Of a stretch of DNA of 64,000 nt, positions 20,360-31,309 are shown piece by piece (the first letter of the stretch is position 1; each line of letters starts with the position of its first letter). The notes below the pieces were generated by a model, which saw only the letters and a list, made by a program, of their open reading frames with translations, made no database searches and was not told where the DNA came from. Origin of the DNA: an uncultured cyanobacterium (GTDB taxonomy: Bacteria; Cyanobacteriota; Cyanobacteriia; Leptolyngbyales; Leptolyngbyaceae); the NCBI GenBank assembly GCA_963766075.1, contig CAVYAN010000063.1:1-64000 (forward strand), written 5' to 3'. Made by a program: the position numbers and the translations under genes.

Positions 20360-21241
20360 CTAATTATCCACAGCCCTGGGAATGATGCACTGGATGCGGT
20401 TAAAGGGCTGTTCGGCAGTGGCCAGTTCCACAACATCAAGTCGCCCCTGCATCAATGCCAACAGGGTGTGAATGGCTAAAAAGTTGAGCCCCGGCGTCGG
20501 GATATCCAACGCTTTAGGTAGGTCGCTATGCATCAGGTCGATCGCTTCCTGCCATGCGGTGGCGGGGCGCTGGTCTTTCAACTGAATCAGCACCGTGGCA
20601 GCGGTGGGGGACGATTGCACGGACAGGTGAATACTGCCTTGATCCATGTGGGCGATCGCGCCGTCAATTAGCTTGACTAAAACCTGGCGCAATGAACGGG
20701 GATCCGCTAGAGCGTAGAGGTCGGGATCCGGCGGGGAGATTTCCAGTTGCAGGTTGCGGTTTTGGGCTTGCAGGTGAGTCAGCAGATGGACTTCCTGGAA
20801 CAAGTGGGTCAGTTGGAGGGGCTGGGTGTGTAAGGGTTGGGTCCCGTAATCTGTGCGGGCAACGGAGAGCAGATTGTCCAGCACGTCCACCATGCGCAGG
20901 GCAGCGGCATTGGCTTGGGCGACAAAGTCTCGTTCTTCCGCTGGGTCGTCACACAGGTCAGAAAGGATCAACTGGTGCATGCCAATCATGCCATTCAGGG
21001 GCGATCGCAGTTCATGGGAGGTTCGCGCCAAAAATCCCGCCTTGAATTGGCCCATCTCCGTCATTTGCTGATAGGCCAGTTGCAACTGATACAGGCGATC
21101 GCGCAACTCCTCCTCGACGCTCCGATCCGGCGTTGACTGCGCCACAGGAGTCGCCGACAAAGACCGCCGCCGATACCCCCAGCGGCCCAGAGCAAACCCG
21201 ATCCCCACCCCAATCCCCACTCCCAAAAGGTTGCTCAACAT
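20360..21241 (-). CDS. Membrane-anchored histidine kinase-like protein (HisKA intact, ATPase domain degenerate)
   Basis: H-box FLARTSHELRSPL; N-box reads QVLVKLIDGAI; canonical G1/G2 boxes absent. Confidence 0.85.
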   Translation of the reverse strand: MLSNLLGVGIGVGIGFALGRWGYRRRSLSATPVAQSTPDRSVEEELRDRLYQLQLAYQQMTEMGQFKAGFLARTSHELRSPLNGMIGMHQLILSDLCDDPAEERDFVAQANAAALRMVDVLDNLLSVARTDYGTQPLHTQPLQLTHLFQEVHLLTHLQAQNRNLQLEISPPDPDLYALADPRSLRQVLVKLIDGAIAHMDQGSIHLSVQSSPTAATVLIQLKDQRPATAWQEAIDLMHSDLPKALDIPTPGLNFLAIHTLLALMQGRLDVVELATAEQPFNRIQCIIPRAVDN

Positions 21242-21245
21242 GGCT

Positions 21246-21878
21246 CTATCCTAAATCCAGCACTACTGCACCCTGTCGCAAAATTGTCCATCCGTTTTCC
21301 GTCCAGCGCAAGACTGTGGAGGGAGTCCCCGAAGTAACAATCGCTCCGGATGCTGGCACTGCCCCTAGCGACCCATCTAAGGTGCCCAGTTCTTCAGACG
21401 TAAGAGTCAAGACTCCGGGAAATTGCTGAATGACTTCATCCAGGCTTAATAGAGTGGGCTGTCCGGACAAATTAGCGCTTGTGGTAGCGAGGGGACCAGT
21501 TTGACGCAGAATAGCTCGCGCCAGAGCATGATTGGGGACACGGATGCCAATGGTACTGGGATTTTGGGGGTTCAAGGCCGGGGGAACGCGATCGCTAGCT
21601 GGTAGGACTAAGGTTACGGCTCCGGGCCAATAGGAACGGGCCATATCGCGCCAAACAGCGCGTTCTGCGACGGTACCGGCTACATAGGCCCACAGATCAT
21701 CAACTTCGCCAGCCATCAAAATCAACGGTTTGTCCGGGCTCCGTTGTTTGATGGCAAATAGGCGATCGGCACAATCCGGACGAACAGCAAGGGCGGGCAC
21801 GGTATCAGTGGGAAAACTAGCCACCGCCTGCCCTGTGGCAATGCCAGCAATAAGATCGGGAAGAGAAACGCGGGGCAT
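21246..21878 (-). CDS. tsaC: L-threonylcarbamoyladenylate synthase (Sua5/YrdC/TsaC)
   Basis: FPTDTV, KQRSPDKPLIL, WPGAVTLVL, IGIRVP, PLATTSANLSG. Confidence 0.93.
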   Translation of the reverse strand: MPRVSLPDLIAGIATGQAVASFPTDTVPALAVRPDCADRLFAIKQRSPDKPLILMAGEVDDLWAYVAGTVAERAVWRDMARSYWPGAVTLVLPASDRVPPALNPQNPSTIGIRVPNHALARAILRQTGPLATTSANLSGQPTLLSLDEVIQQFPGVLTLTSEELGTLDGSLGAVPASGAIVTSGTPSTVLRWTENGWTILRQGAVVLDLG

Positions 21879-21963
21879 GGAGCAGGGGTTAAGGAAAGGT
21901 AGGGGTTAACGGAAAGAAGTGGCTAAGGGAAAAGAAGTTGGCCGGGAGAGCCATGGATGAAAG

Positions 21964-24900
21964 CTATTTCTGAGCAGCCATTTTCTGATAGGTCTGGATA
22001 GATTGCCATGCGCTGTTCAGGTTGCCTTGCAAGAGGGCGGCAATCCCCTTGAGCGCTTGGAGTTCGGGAAGGGTAGGAGAAAGTTGCAGCGCCGTGTTGA
22101 GCGGGGCTTGGGCAGCAGCAGGCTGCAACGCATAGAGGTTGAGGAGGGCTAGGTAGGCATAGGGGTAGGGGTTTTGGGGATCAAGCTGGGCCAGGGTCTG
22201 GAAGGTAGCGATCGCAGACTTTACGTCCTTTTTCAAAACCTGAGCCAGGGCCAGGGTGTAGGTAAAGTTGCGGTTCTGGGGATCCTTCAGCAAGCGGTAG
22301 CCCATGGCCTGCTGCGCTTGGGTCAGGTAGTCCTGGCCGGGATTGTACTGATTCATCAACTCTACGGTTTGAAAGAGTTTGTCTAGGACTTTTGGGCCTT
22401 GGGGCAAAGTCGTGGCCAACAGCCGGAGACGGGTTAACAGGTCGAGATCCAAGGGCGTTAGCATGGGCGCGGCAGCAGGATCAAGGGTGAGGCGAACCGG
22501 TGGGGCAGCGATCGCCACGGTTTCTCCAGTTTGACGATTCTGATAAAGCACTTCCAGGGTATAGGTGCCAGGGATGGCCCGCTCAGGGGGCAGCATGGCC
22601 AACCGCTCCGTAAGCTGGAAGTCGGAGGTGGCCGTCATCCAGGTGGGCAGACCGGGTTGCAGGTTACCGTTGGCAATAGCATGGTCATGAATCCAAGTTG
22701 TGACTGTGGGTTGACCGGGCTTGGGTTTGCCGAAGGCATCCAGTTCGGGGGGCACAGGCACGGTGCTGGGATCCAGTTTCCAGTTGATTAAGACCAATCC
22801 AGGTTGCAGCGACTTCCAGGGTCCAGACCAGGTGTAGGTAATCGGAATCGGTTTGCCCGGAGGAGCAAGATCAGGCACCGTGACCTGAGTCAATTGAATC
22901 GGCGCAGTCAGGGGAGGGGCAACGGCTCCGGGCGACGCCGTAGCCGTGGGGTTTGGGCTGGGGGCGAAACCTGGAGGCGTAGGGGTGGGATTAGGCCCAG
23001 TCTGTCCGATCGGTAAGGTTGGCAGAGGCTTGATCTCAACGGCGGCGGTGCGCCGCTGGTAAAGGCTAAACTGGCCGCGATCTGCCGAGATCCCAGGTTT
23101 TGATCCGCTGGAACAAGGGGGAATTGAGGCGTTGCTCCAGCCGTTGTTCCGCAATGCTTTTCGGCGGCATGGGACCACCCGTTTGGGCCAAAAACCAAGA
23201 CAAAGCCCGCACTTCGGCCTCGACTCGATCCGATTTTTTACCGACATCACGGGCATATACCTGAAAGTTTTGGCGCAGTCCAGCGTAGGTGAGATTGTGC
23301 TGATTCAGCTCAGGGCTGGAGGTCAACAGCCCCAGGGTAGATTTTTCGTAGGGATCGGCTTGCACCACCGCATCCACAATTTCGTTTAGGGGAAACTCTG
23401 GGCCAGTATACGCTCGTCGGGTGGCAAAATCGGTTTGTTGGTGAAGGGGCAACGGAGCGCTCAGTTGATTGGGAAAGAGGTGATACACCGTCATGGCCAA
23501 GGACAGGCCAATCAGGCCCCACCGCAGAAACACACCAGGAATATTCCAGCGCCAGAGCCGCCAGCGCTTGGGAAAGAGGGTCCAGCCTAAAGCCACGAGC
23601 AGGGCAAAGGCCGGGAGCATGGGCATAACGTAGCGCAGGTCTTTGTTGGGATTGAGGGCATTCAGGACATACCCCCCCATCAAGAACAGGCTGAGCCACA
23701 GCAGCGATCGCCGCGCGGATTGATACACCCGCAATCGCCCCTGCGACGACTGTGATCCCTCACGCCCCAGCCAGTCTCGGCTGAGGGTGGACCGCTTCCA
23801 ATAAAACACCAACCCCAATAGAGGTAGCAGCCAAATCCAGGACACGAGCTTAGGCAATCGCCACAGATAATACAGCCAACTCTCGATGGATGTGACGCTA
23901 GGGTCGCCCTCAGCCAAGGCCGGTTCCACGGTAGAACTTTGCACCGAGGTCAAAATCAACAGCCAACTGGCGCTAAACCATGGCCAGACCATCAGGGCAG
24001 CGACAGCGAGGGCCAGAGCCAGTTGCAACAGTCTCCCAGAGCCAGTTGCCGCAGAGCCACGAGAACAATCCACAGCAGGGGAAACAGGAAAAACAAGAGG
24101 GCGGTTTGTTTGACCAACAGGGCCAGCCCGAGACTGATACCAAAGGCGATCGCCCAAATCCATTGCCACAAAAACTGCGTCAGGGAAAAGCGCCATGGCA
24201 GCCGTGGGGCGGCGCGCGACAACTCGGGAAGGGGTTCGGGCCGTGGTTCAGGCCGTGGGGCCTCGGTGGGTTCAGCGATCGCGACCCAGACATTCTCCCC
24301 ACCACCGCCCGTCGCACTTTCACCCACCGCACCTTCACCTGCCGTACTCCCAACACTCCCAGCCACGCCACTCCCACCCTCTACAGGCGTCTGTAAGGCA
24401 ACGCTAGCCTCAGCGATCATCAGCGGCCCACCCAACCCGTCCCGGTGGGCAAACTGCCATTTCCCCTTCGCTTTGCCCCACCACACCGTCAGGCAAAAGA
24501 AACTTAGCGTCACCAACGCCACCAGCGGATAGTCAATCAAATAGTCCAGCCGAATACGATAGAGTCCCGGCATTACCAAGCAAATCAGTGCGGCCACCAA
24601 CCCCACGGTCACCGTAAACAGGTAACTCCCCAGCCCATACACCGCCAGGAGCAAAATGGCGCTAAACAACAGATTAATCAGCGTCGCGGTATCAAAACTC
24701 GTGCCCAAGCCGTTGAACAGCGGCACCGTCAGAGCATAGACCAACGGAGGATACTTGGTAGACGCCGTCCAAAAGCTGTACCACCAGTCACCGGACAGCC
24801 AATTGGCTTGCTGTACCAAGCGCCAGTACATCATGGCGCGGGTAAGATGCCCGCCTTGATCCCACCCGGGCACAGAATGATCCAAGGAAAACCAGAGGCG

Positions 24901-24984
24901 ATCGCCCGCCACCACCAATCCCCATAGCACCCCAATCCCCGGTAGCCCTACCAGCCACCACCCCTGTTGTCTGCGTTCAACCAC
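21964..24984 (-). CDS. GT-C (PMT/GT39-like) lipid-carrier glycosyltransferase with C-terminal TPR; split over three frames by two frameshifts
   Basis: WDQGGHL, KYPPLVY, DYLIDYPL, LVKQTALLF, NKDLRYVMP, C-terminal TPR. Frame junctions near 24035 and 23085. Confidence 0.85.
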
Positions 24985-25124
24985 CTAGCCTGCCTGTAGT
25001 CATAACTCGACCTTGATTGTGGAGTCGCCGACGATTATTGACTCCACATCCTACACCCTAGATTAGTTTTCAGGCCATGGTTAATCACCTGAATCCATCC
25101 ACTGGGGATCACCCAAAGTCATTA

Positions 25125-27710
25125 CTAGGCCACCACAAAGTTGACTAATTTCCCCGGCACAACGATCGCCTTTTTAATTTCCTTGCCTTGAATAAATTTC
25201 TGAGCAACCTCCGACTCCCGCGCCAAACGTTCCAAATCCGCCTGGGTAGAGGCGGTAGGCACCTGAATGGTCCCCTTGGTTTTCCCCAAAATTTGAATCA
25301 CCAGGGTCATTTCATCGGCCACCAGTGCCGCTGGATCCACAAGGGGCCAGGATTGGCGGTGGATTGATTCGGTTTGCCCCAATCCCTGCCAAAGTTCATC
25401 GGCCAGATGGGGGGCAAAGGGGGCCAGCAACAGCAGCAAGGTAGTAATGCCCTCGGCATACACCGGCGACTGTTTATCACTGGCATCGCCCAGGGCATTG
25501 CTCAGCTTCATCAATTCCGAGACTGCCGTGTTGAATTGATTGTCAGTCAAATCCCCGGTAATTTCTTTGATAGCGATATGTATGGCCCGCCGTAACTCTT
25601 TTTCTGGCTTCGTCAGGGTTGCCGGATCCCGAGTAGTCGGGGGCAATGCCATCCCCTGAAATTCCGTCACCAAGCGCCATACCCGGTTCAAAAAGCGAAA
25701 TTGCCCTTCCACGTCCGCATCTTCCCACTCCAGATCTTTTTCCGGTGGGGCCTTAAACAGAATGAACATGCGGGCGGTGTCGGCCCCATACTTGGCGATC
25801 ACTTCGCCGGGGGCAATCCCGTTGTGCTTGGATTTGGACATTTTCTCATAGACCATTTCCAGGCGATCGCCCGTTTCGGGATCAACCGGATTGGCAAAAT
25901 CCGTGATGGCTTGCGGCATTACATACTTGCCCGTTTTGGGATTCTTATAGGTTTTGCCCTGGACCATACCCTGAGTCAATAGGCGCTGAAAGGGTTCATC
26001 GCACTGCAAATAGCCGCGATCGCGCATCACCTTCGTAAAGAAGCGGGAATACAGTAAGTGTAAAATCGCATGTTCAATCCCCCCAACATACTGATCAATC
26101 GGCATCCAATCTTTGGCAATGGCGCGATCAAACACCTCAGCCGCATTAGTAGCGTCGGGATAGCGCATATAGTACCACGACGAACAAATGAACGTATCCA
26201 TTGTATCGGTTTCCCGTTTCGCAGGCTGACCGCACGTAGGGCACGGCACATTGATCCAAGACTCCAACTTGGACAAGGGCGACGGCCCCCGTCCCGCAAA
26301 TTCCACCTCTTCCGGCAACTGCACGGGCAATTGGTCATCGGGAACGGGCACTGCCCCACAATCTGGACAATGAATAATCGGAATCGGACAGCCCCAGTAA
26401 CGCTGCCGGGAGATCAGCCAATCCCGCAGTCGATAATTGGTGGTGCCCGTCCCCTTGCCCTGGGCTTCTAACCAAGCAACGGCTTGTTCGACGCTCTGGC
26501 CTTTTTCTTTGCCTGCGGGCACGCCATCCAACGGCCCCGAGTTGACCATTACCCCATCCCCCGCGTGGGCCGCTGTCAGGGTGGCACCCTCTACCGGGTG
26601 GTCCGCGGGGCGATCTGCCGGTTGCACCACCACCTGAATATCTAAGCCAAATTTTTTGGCAAACTCAAAATCGCGCTGATCATGGGCCGGAACCGCCATG
26701 ATCGCCCCAGTGCCGTAGTCCACCAGCACATAATCGGCAATCCAGATGGGAATCTGCGCCCCATTGACAGGATTGGTGGCATAGCTGCCGGTCCAGACGC
26801 CGGTTTTCTCGCGACCTTCGGCGGTGCGATCCATTTCACTCAGGTTAGCGGCAGCCGCTTGGTAGTCGGCGATCGCCACTTGCTGCGCGGTGGTGGTTAA
26901 TTTATCGACTAAGGGATGCTCTGGCGACAACACCATAAAGGTGGCTCCCCACAGCGTGTCGGGGCGGGTGGTGTAGACGGTGATTTTGTCCCCTGTGGCA
27001 GTGGTGAAGGTGACATGGGCCCCCGTAGATTTGCCGATCCAGTTGGCTTGCATCAGCTTGACGCGATCGGGCCAGCCCCCCAGTTGGTCCAGATCCTGCA
27101 ACAACTGCTCGGCATAATCGGTAATTTTGAAGAACCACTGCCGCAGCAAGCGGCGCTCGACCTTGGCCCCCGATCGCCAGGATTTGCCTTCGCTATCCAC
27201 TTGCTCGTTGGCTAAAACGGTTTGGTCAATCGGATCCCAGTTGACCGTGGCGGATTTTTGGTAGGCCAAGCCCGCCTGGAAAAATTGCAGGAAAATCCAT
27301 TGTGTCCAGCGGTAATAGTCCGGCGAACAGGTGGTGACTTCTTTGTCCCAATCGAAGGAAATACCCAATTGGTCAAGCTGCGATCGCATCTGGGCAATGT
27401 TGGCATAGGTCCAGGTAGCCGGGGGAATCCCTCGCTCGATCGCGGCATTTTCTGCGGGCAAGCCAAAGGCATCCCAGCCCATAGGATTCAGAACGCGATA
27501 TCCCTGCATTCGCTTCAGACGGGCAATCACATCCACGATAGTGTAAACCCGCACATGCCCCATGTGCAGGTTACCGGAGGGATAGGGAAACATCGACAGG
27601 GCATAGAACTTCGGCTTGCTGCGGTCTGTTGATGTAGTATGCAGACCCTGCGCGATCCAAGCCTGCTGCCATTTTTCCTCAATCGTGCCGGGGGTATAAC
27701 GGGACTCCAC
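25125..27710 (-). CDS. leuS: Leucine--tRNA ligase
   Basis: [32 protein letters not shown] start (VESRY) preceded by AGGAG. Confidence 0.99.
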   Translation of the reverse strand: MESRYTPGTIEEKWQQAWIAQGLHTTSTDRSKPKFYALSMFPYPSGNLHMGHVRVYTIVDVIARLKRMQGYRVLNPMGWDAFGLPAENAAIERGIPPATWTYANIAQMRSQLDQLGISFDWDKEVTTCSPDYYRWTQWIFLQFFQAGLAYQKSATVNWDPIDQTVLANEQVDSEGKSWRSGAKVERRLLRQWFFKITDYAEQLLQDLDQLGGWPDRVKLMQANWIGKSTGAHVTFTTATGDKITVYTTRPDTLWGATFMVLSPEHPLVDKLTTTAQQVAIADYQAAAANLSEMDRTAEGREKTGVWTGSYATNPVNGAQIPIWIADYVLVDYGTGAIMAVPAHDQRDFEFAKKFGLDIQVVVQPADRPADHPVEGATLTAAHAGDGVMVNSGPLDGVPAGKEKGQSVEQAVAWLEAQGKGTGTTNYRLRDWLISRQRYWGCPIPIIHCPDCGAVPVPDDQLPVQLPEEVEFAGRGPSPLSKLESWINVPCPTCGQPAKRETDTMDTFICSSWYYMRYPDATNAAEVFDRAIAKDWMPIDQYVGGIEHAILHLLYSRFFTKVMRDRGYLQCDEPFQRLLTQGMVQGKTYKNPKTGKYVMPQAITDFANPVDPETGDRLEMVYEKMSKSKHNGIAPGEVIAKYGADTARMFILFKAPPEKDLEWEDADVEGQFRFLNRVWRLVTEFQGMALPPTTRDPATLTKPEKELRRAIHIAIKEITGDLTDNQFNTAVSELMKLSNALGDASDKQSPVYAEGITTLLLLLAPFAPHLADELWQGLGQTESIHRQSWPLVDPAALVADEMTLVIQILGKTKGTIQVPTASTQADLERLARESEVAQKFIQGKEIKKAIVVPGKLVNFVVA

Positions 27711-27847
27711 GGGTGTCTCTCCTGCCAAAGGGTGCCTAACTCACCTCTCATTCTAGAGGCTGGAGGGTATTGTAGCGGTCGGTAAAGGCGTTTTGCGATC
27801 CACTCACAATGTATCCCGCGCATTCCCGCCAGTAGCCCTGCCCAAAA

Positions 27848-28057
27848 TTAAGCCCAAAAAAAATCAGGAGGTGCAGGGCTGCTGCCTCCTGATTGATTGG
27901 ATCCGTTAGGATCGAGATGATTCGATGCGTCTTTGAGCTTTTGCCGGAGCATTTGCAGTTGTTTTCGGCGTTGGCGCTGACGGGCCGATCCGCCCTTGCC
28001 TTTGGAGTTCCGTCCTTCTTGGCGGGGCGACTCCCAGCGTTTGAGTTGGCGAGCCAT
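27848..28057 (-). CDS. Small basic protein with KGKGGS motif; candidate ArfA/BrfA-like alternative ribosome-rescue factor
   Basis: Strong SD (AGGAGGActtATG); 15 K/R in the first 42 aa; terminator inside the ORF. The ORF is well supported, the function is inferred. Confidence 0.6.
   Translation of the reverse strand: MARQLKRWESPRQEGRNSKGKGGSARQRQRRKQLQMLRQKLKDASNHLDPNGSNQSGGSSPAPPDFFWA
27856..27894 (-). terminator. Intrinsic terminator inside the small basic ORF, upstream of its stop codon
   Basis: Perfect 10-bp stem aatcaggagg/cctcctgatt with an 8-T run on the minus strand (27863-27856); stop codon at 27850-27848. Confidence 0.85.
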
Positions 28058-28223
28058 AAGTCCTCCTAGTGAACCTCTTTCTCCATTGTGACACAGACTA
28101 TTTTGGAGTGTGGGTCTAGAGATGCCAGGGATTTTTAGAAATTCCCGGCATCTGAACGTAAAGAAATCTGGCGGGTCGGGGGCCGGAGGGGAGCATTGGC
28201 GCTAAGGTGGGGGAAAAGGCGAT

Positions 28224-28737
28224 GTGACGTGGACTATGGTTACTCTATCCAGTGAAAATTCGGTCAGTGAAAATCCGGCCAGTGAACCCTTGGCAAATCT
28301 ATCTCCGGGCGACAGTTCTAGGGCGCAGTCTAGCGCTGTGGTGGACCTGATTGAAACTGTCATTGATAGTCTTGATAGTGACAATACCGCCATGGTCAGC
28401 CATGGTGATGGTGGCTACATTTGGAAATTTAAGTACGGTAGTGTAGAAGTGTTGGTGCAACTGACGGGAACCACCGACGATGATACGCTGACGGCATGGT
28501 CGGCAGTTATGAAACTGCCCGCGAAAGACGAAGTTCAATTGCTCCGCCAGTTGTTGGAGATGAACTGGACCGACACACTGGAAGCCCGGTTTGGCATTCT
28601 AAATGGGGAGATTGTGGTCCTGTCTCGAGCAATCGCTGGCGGAACTGTCTCCGGGGGAAGTCTCCCGCGCTATTACCCTCGTTGCCACACTGGCCGACGC
28701 CCATGATGAACGCCTCCAGGAAACCTTTGGTCTATAA
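28224..28737 (+). CDS. YbjN/CesT-like domain protein; frameshifted near 28630
   Basis: WKFKYGSVEVLVQLTG, LLEMNW...EARFGI; continues in another frame as SLAELSPGEVSRAITLVATLADAHDERLQETFGL*. Confidence 0.85.
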
Positions 28738-28840
28738 ATTGCTCTATAAACTAGGTGTATAACCTGGGTCTATAAACCTCGGAAAACGGGGTCTATAAAC
28801 AAAACATCGGGTCTCCCAAAATGGAGAGTAGGAATTTAAT

Positions 28841-29587
28841 TTGACGACTTGGCGGTTGATTCCTCCATTAGAGGCATCCGGAGCGGTGCAGATGGCCGTA
28901 GATGCTTGGTTGCTAGACCAGCATCGCCAAGGACTACAGCCGCCGACTCTACGGTTTTACACCTGGAGTCCTGCCGCGATTTCCCTAGGCTATCACCAGC
29001 GACACTTGCCGGATCACTGGCACCACTTGCATTGGCACGACCAACCGATTGATTTGGTGCGGCGAGCCACCGGAGGACGGGCCGTGCTGCACCAAGGCGA
29101 CTTAACCTATGCCCTAGTAACGTCTGGCCTCAGCGGTCATCGGGTGCAGGTGTATCGATCGCTCTGTGAATTCCTGATTGTAGGCTGGCGATCGCTGGGG
29201 GTGGATCTCCAGTTTGGTCAAGCAGGGCGGGGTTATATCCACAACCCCAATTGCTTTGGCACAGCCACCGATGCCGATTTAGTGCTTGCTGATGGCACAA
29301 AATTGGTGGGCAGTGCCCAGGTGTACCGCGATGGAGCCATTTTGCAGCATGGCTCCATGCCCCTGCAAATGGATACTGAACTATTTCGCCAAGTGTTTGG
29401 CGTGGAGCCCAGGTTACCCCAACTGCCGGAATTTCAGCATGCCCCGGGGAGGGCACGGGCGATCGCCACCCTGACCCAGGCTGCCCAGGATTGCTTTGGC
29501 ATCACCTTTCAGGAAGCCAGCCTCTCTTCAGCCGAATGGAATGCGGTGTTGTCCGTTAGCCCGCTCGAATTAAAAATTAGAAATTAA
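28841..29587 (+). CDS. Lipoate-protein ligase A family
   Basis: QMAVDAWLL, LRFYTW, VRRATGGRAVLH, KLVGSAQ, LQHGS. Confidence 0.92.
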   Translation: MTTWRLIPPLEASGAVQMAVDAWLLDQHRQGLQPPTLRFYTWSPAAISLGYHQRHLPDHWHHLHWHDQPIDLVRRATGGRAVLHQGDLTYALVTSGLSGHRVQVYRSLCEFLIVGWRSLGVDLQFGQAGRGYIHNPNCFGTATDADLVLADGTKLVGSAQVYRDGAILQHGSMPLQMDTELFRQVFGVEPRLPQLPEFQHAPGRARAIATLTQAAQDCFGITFQEASLSSAEWNAVLSVSPLELKIRN

Positions 29588-29613
29588 AAAAGCCTGCCGC
29601 CGTTAAAGTTGCG

Positions 29614-29633
29614 GGTTTCGGCTACGCTCAACC
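29614..29633. repeat. Second copy of the REP-like unit found inside the 13.5-kb MITE
   Basis: ggtttcggctacgctcaacc vs ggtttcgactacgctcaacc (13492-13511), 1 mismatch. Confidence 0.7.
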
Positions 29634-29808
29634 CGCCGGACTTCAACCCGCCCGACTGCATGTCGATAGCTCGTCAGCCTCTGGGCGAGTAGGACTCAAA
29701 ATCGCTATCGGCTCGTAATGCACCGCTTCCATCTCGCCGATCTGAGCATCTTTGAATAGCACTCCATGCCACATTGCTAGAGCATTTTTAATTTTTAATT
29801 CAGTTACT

Positions 29809-31038
29809 TCAGCCCTTGGCCGAGGGCAAGGTATCCGTCATCGACTGGACAATCGCCCCCAACTGCAATCCAGAGGGATAGCTGCCTTCATCTTTGATTT
29901 GTTTAATCAGGGCTTCGGGTAAGGGCGTTTTCATCTGTTGGCCCAGGGCGCGCACCACATCGCCCCGATCAATGACGCCCGCGATCGCTCCTGCCGGGGT
30001 TAGTACGGTAATCCGCCGTAGCTGCAAGCTTTCCATCGCTTGAATCACATCAACCAGGCCGTCTGCTTCTTTCACCGTGGGAATGCTGTCCAGCGGCTGC
30101 ACAATCTGCATCAAGGTCTGCTGGTCCCAAAGCTCGCGCTCAATCCGATGCAAATCTTCCACCGCCACAATGCCCCGATAGCGTCCCTCAGAGGCGGCAT
30201 AGTAAACCGCTGTCCGCTGCGTGTCCAGCACATAGGTTTCACTGAACTCCCTCAGGGTCATCTTGGCGTCCACCACGCGATACTCGCGCGTCATGGCGTC
30301 ACTAGCTTTCAGCTTGAGTAGCGATTCTTGCAGATCGGTGACCCGGTCATAACTACTGGCATTGTTCACGCCAAACCAGCCCAGCAACGCTAGCCACAGA
30401 CCACTGGGGTTCGATCGCAACAGAAAGCTGGTCACGCCCAAGCTAATCGCCAACCAGCCCAATAATTTGCCACTGCGAGCCGCCCAGTGCACTCCTTGAA
30501 ATCGGCTGCCGGTGATTTTCCAGACAATCGATTTCAGGATTTGGCCCCCATCCAGGGGCAATCCCGGCAGCAGATTGAAGAGGGCCAGCACCAGATTAAT
30601 CATCGCCAAGTTACTGGCGAGAACATTCAGGGGAGCGCGCGTCCCCGGAATCGCCACGGTTAAAGCCGCCAACAGCCCAAAGAGACCGATGCTGACGAGT
30701 GGGCCAGCGATCGCCACTTGAAATGCCTGTCCCGGTGTCTTGGATTCCTGCTCAATCGACGCCACACCGCCAAACAAAAATAGCGTAATGGATGTGACCT
30801 TGATGCCCTGGGATTTTGCCACCAAGCTATGCCCCAGTTCGTGCAACAGAACTGAGGTAAACAGTAACAGCGCCATGGCCCCGCCGACCCCAAAGGCAAG
30901 GGGCATGCCCCACTCGGGATAATTTGCCTTGAAAAAAGCCCCTTGAGTCATGATGACCAGGATCAAGATAAGTATCCAGGAAGGGTCAATATAGAGGGGA
31001 ATCCCAAATAATGATCCGACCCGCCAACCAGATTGCAT
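29809..31038 (-). CDS. Site-2 protease (M50) with CBS domains
   Basis: LLHELGH, AIAGP, FNLLPGLPLDGG, C-terminal CBS pair. Confidence 0.95.
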   Translation of the reverse strand: MQSGWRVGSLFGIPLYIDPSWILILILVIMTQGAFFKANYPEWGMPLAFGVGGAMALLLFTSVLLHELGHSLVAKSQGIKVTSITLFLFGGVASIEQESKTPGQAFQVAIAGPLVSIGLFGLLAALTVAIPGTRAPLNVLASNLAMINLVLALFNLLPGLPLDGGQILKSIVWKITGSRFQGVHWAARSGKLLGWLAISLGVTSFLLRSNPSGLWLALLGWFGVNNASSYDRVTDLQESLLKLKASDAMTREYRVVDAKMTLREFSETYVLDTQRTAVYYAASEGRYRGIVAVEDLHRIERELWDQQTLMQIVQPLDSIPTVKEADGLVDVIQAMESLQLRRITVLTPAGAIAGVIDRGDVVRALGQQMKTPLPEALIKQIKDEGSYPSGLQLGAIVQSMTDTLPSAKG

Positions 31039-31309
31039 ACAGACTCCTTGGTGCCCTTTTCTCTAGTGTAGTATCTGGATTGCCTGATCCACGCGCTGTC
31101 AATTCGGTGCGGCATCTCCGGGAGTTTTTTGCCGTTACTGTTGGATTTTTACCGTGGGATTTTTGCCCGGGATCTGCTGGGACACGGCGATGGCTGTCAA
31201 CCGGCGGGACTGAGCCTACAAATCCCGTACTTTCCGAGTACTTTCCTAAAAATTCCAACTTATTGTTACTATGTTTGCCTACTTGTCCTATCGGAAACTC
31301 CCAGATTTC

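Noticed and set aside
21964..24984. Three separate genes or programmed frameshifting in the glycosyltransferase
   Set aside because: The pieces join into one coherent protein and there are no slippery heptamers at the junctions; indel error is more likely.
28119..28153. Imperfect hairpin between the small basic ORF and the YbjN-like gene as a riboswitch or T-box for leuS
   Set aside because: No T-box consensus or specifier loop is visible; only a simple inverted repeat.
29640..29790. Possible small ORF or ncRNA between the lipoate ligase and M50 protease genes
   Set aside because: The short minus-strand ORF has no SD or motif, and I recognised no RNA structure.
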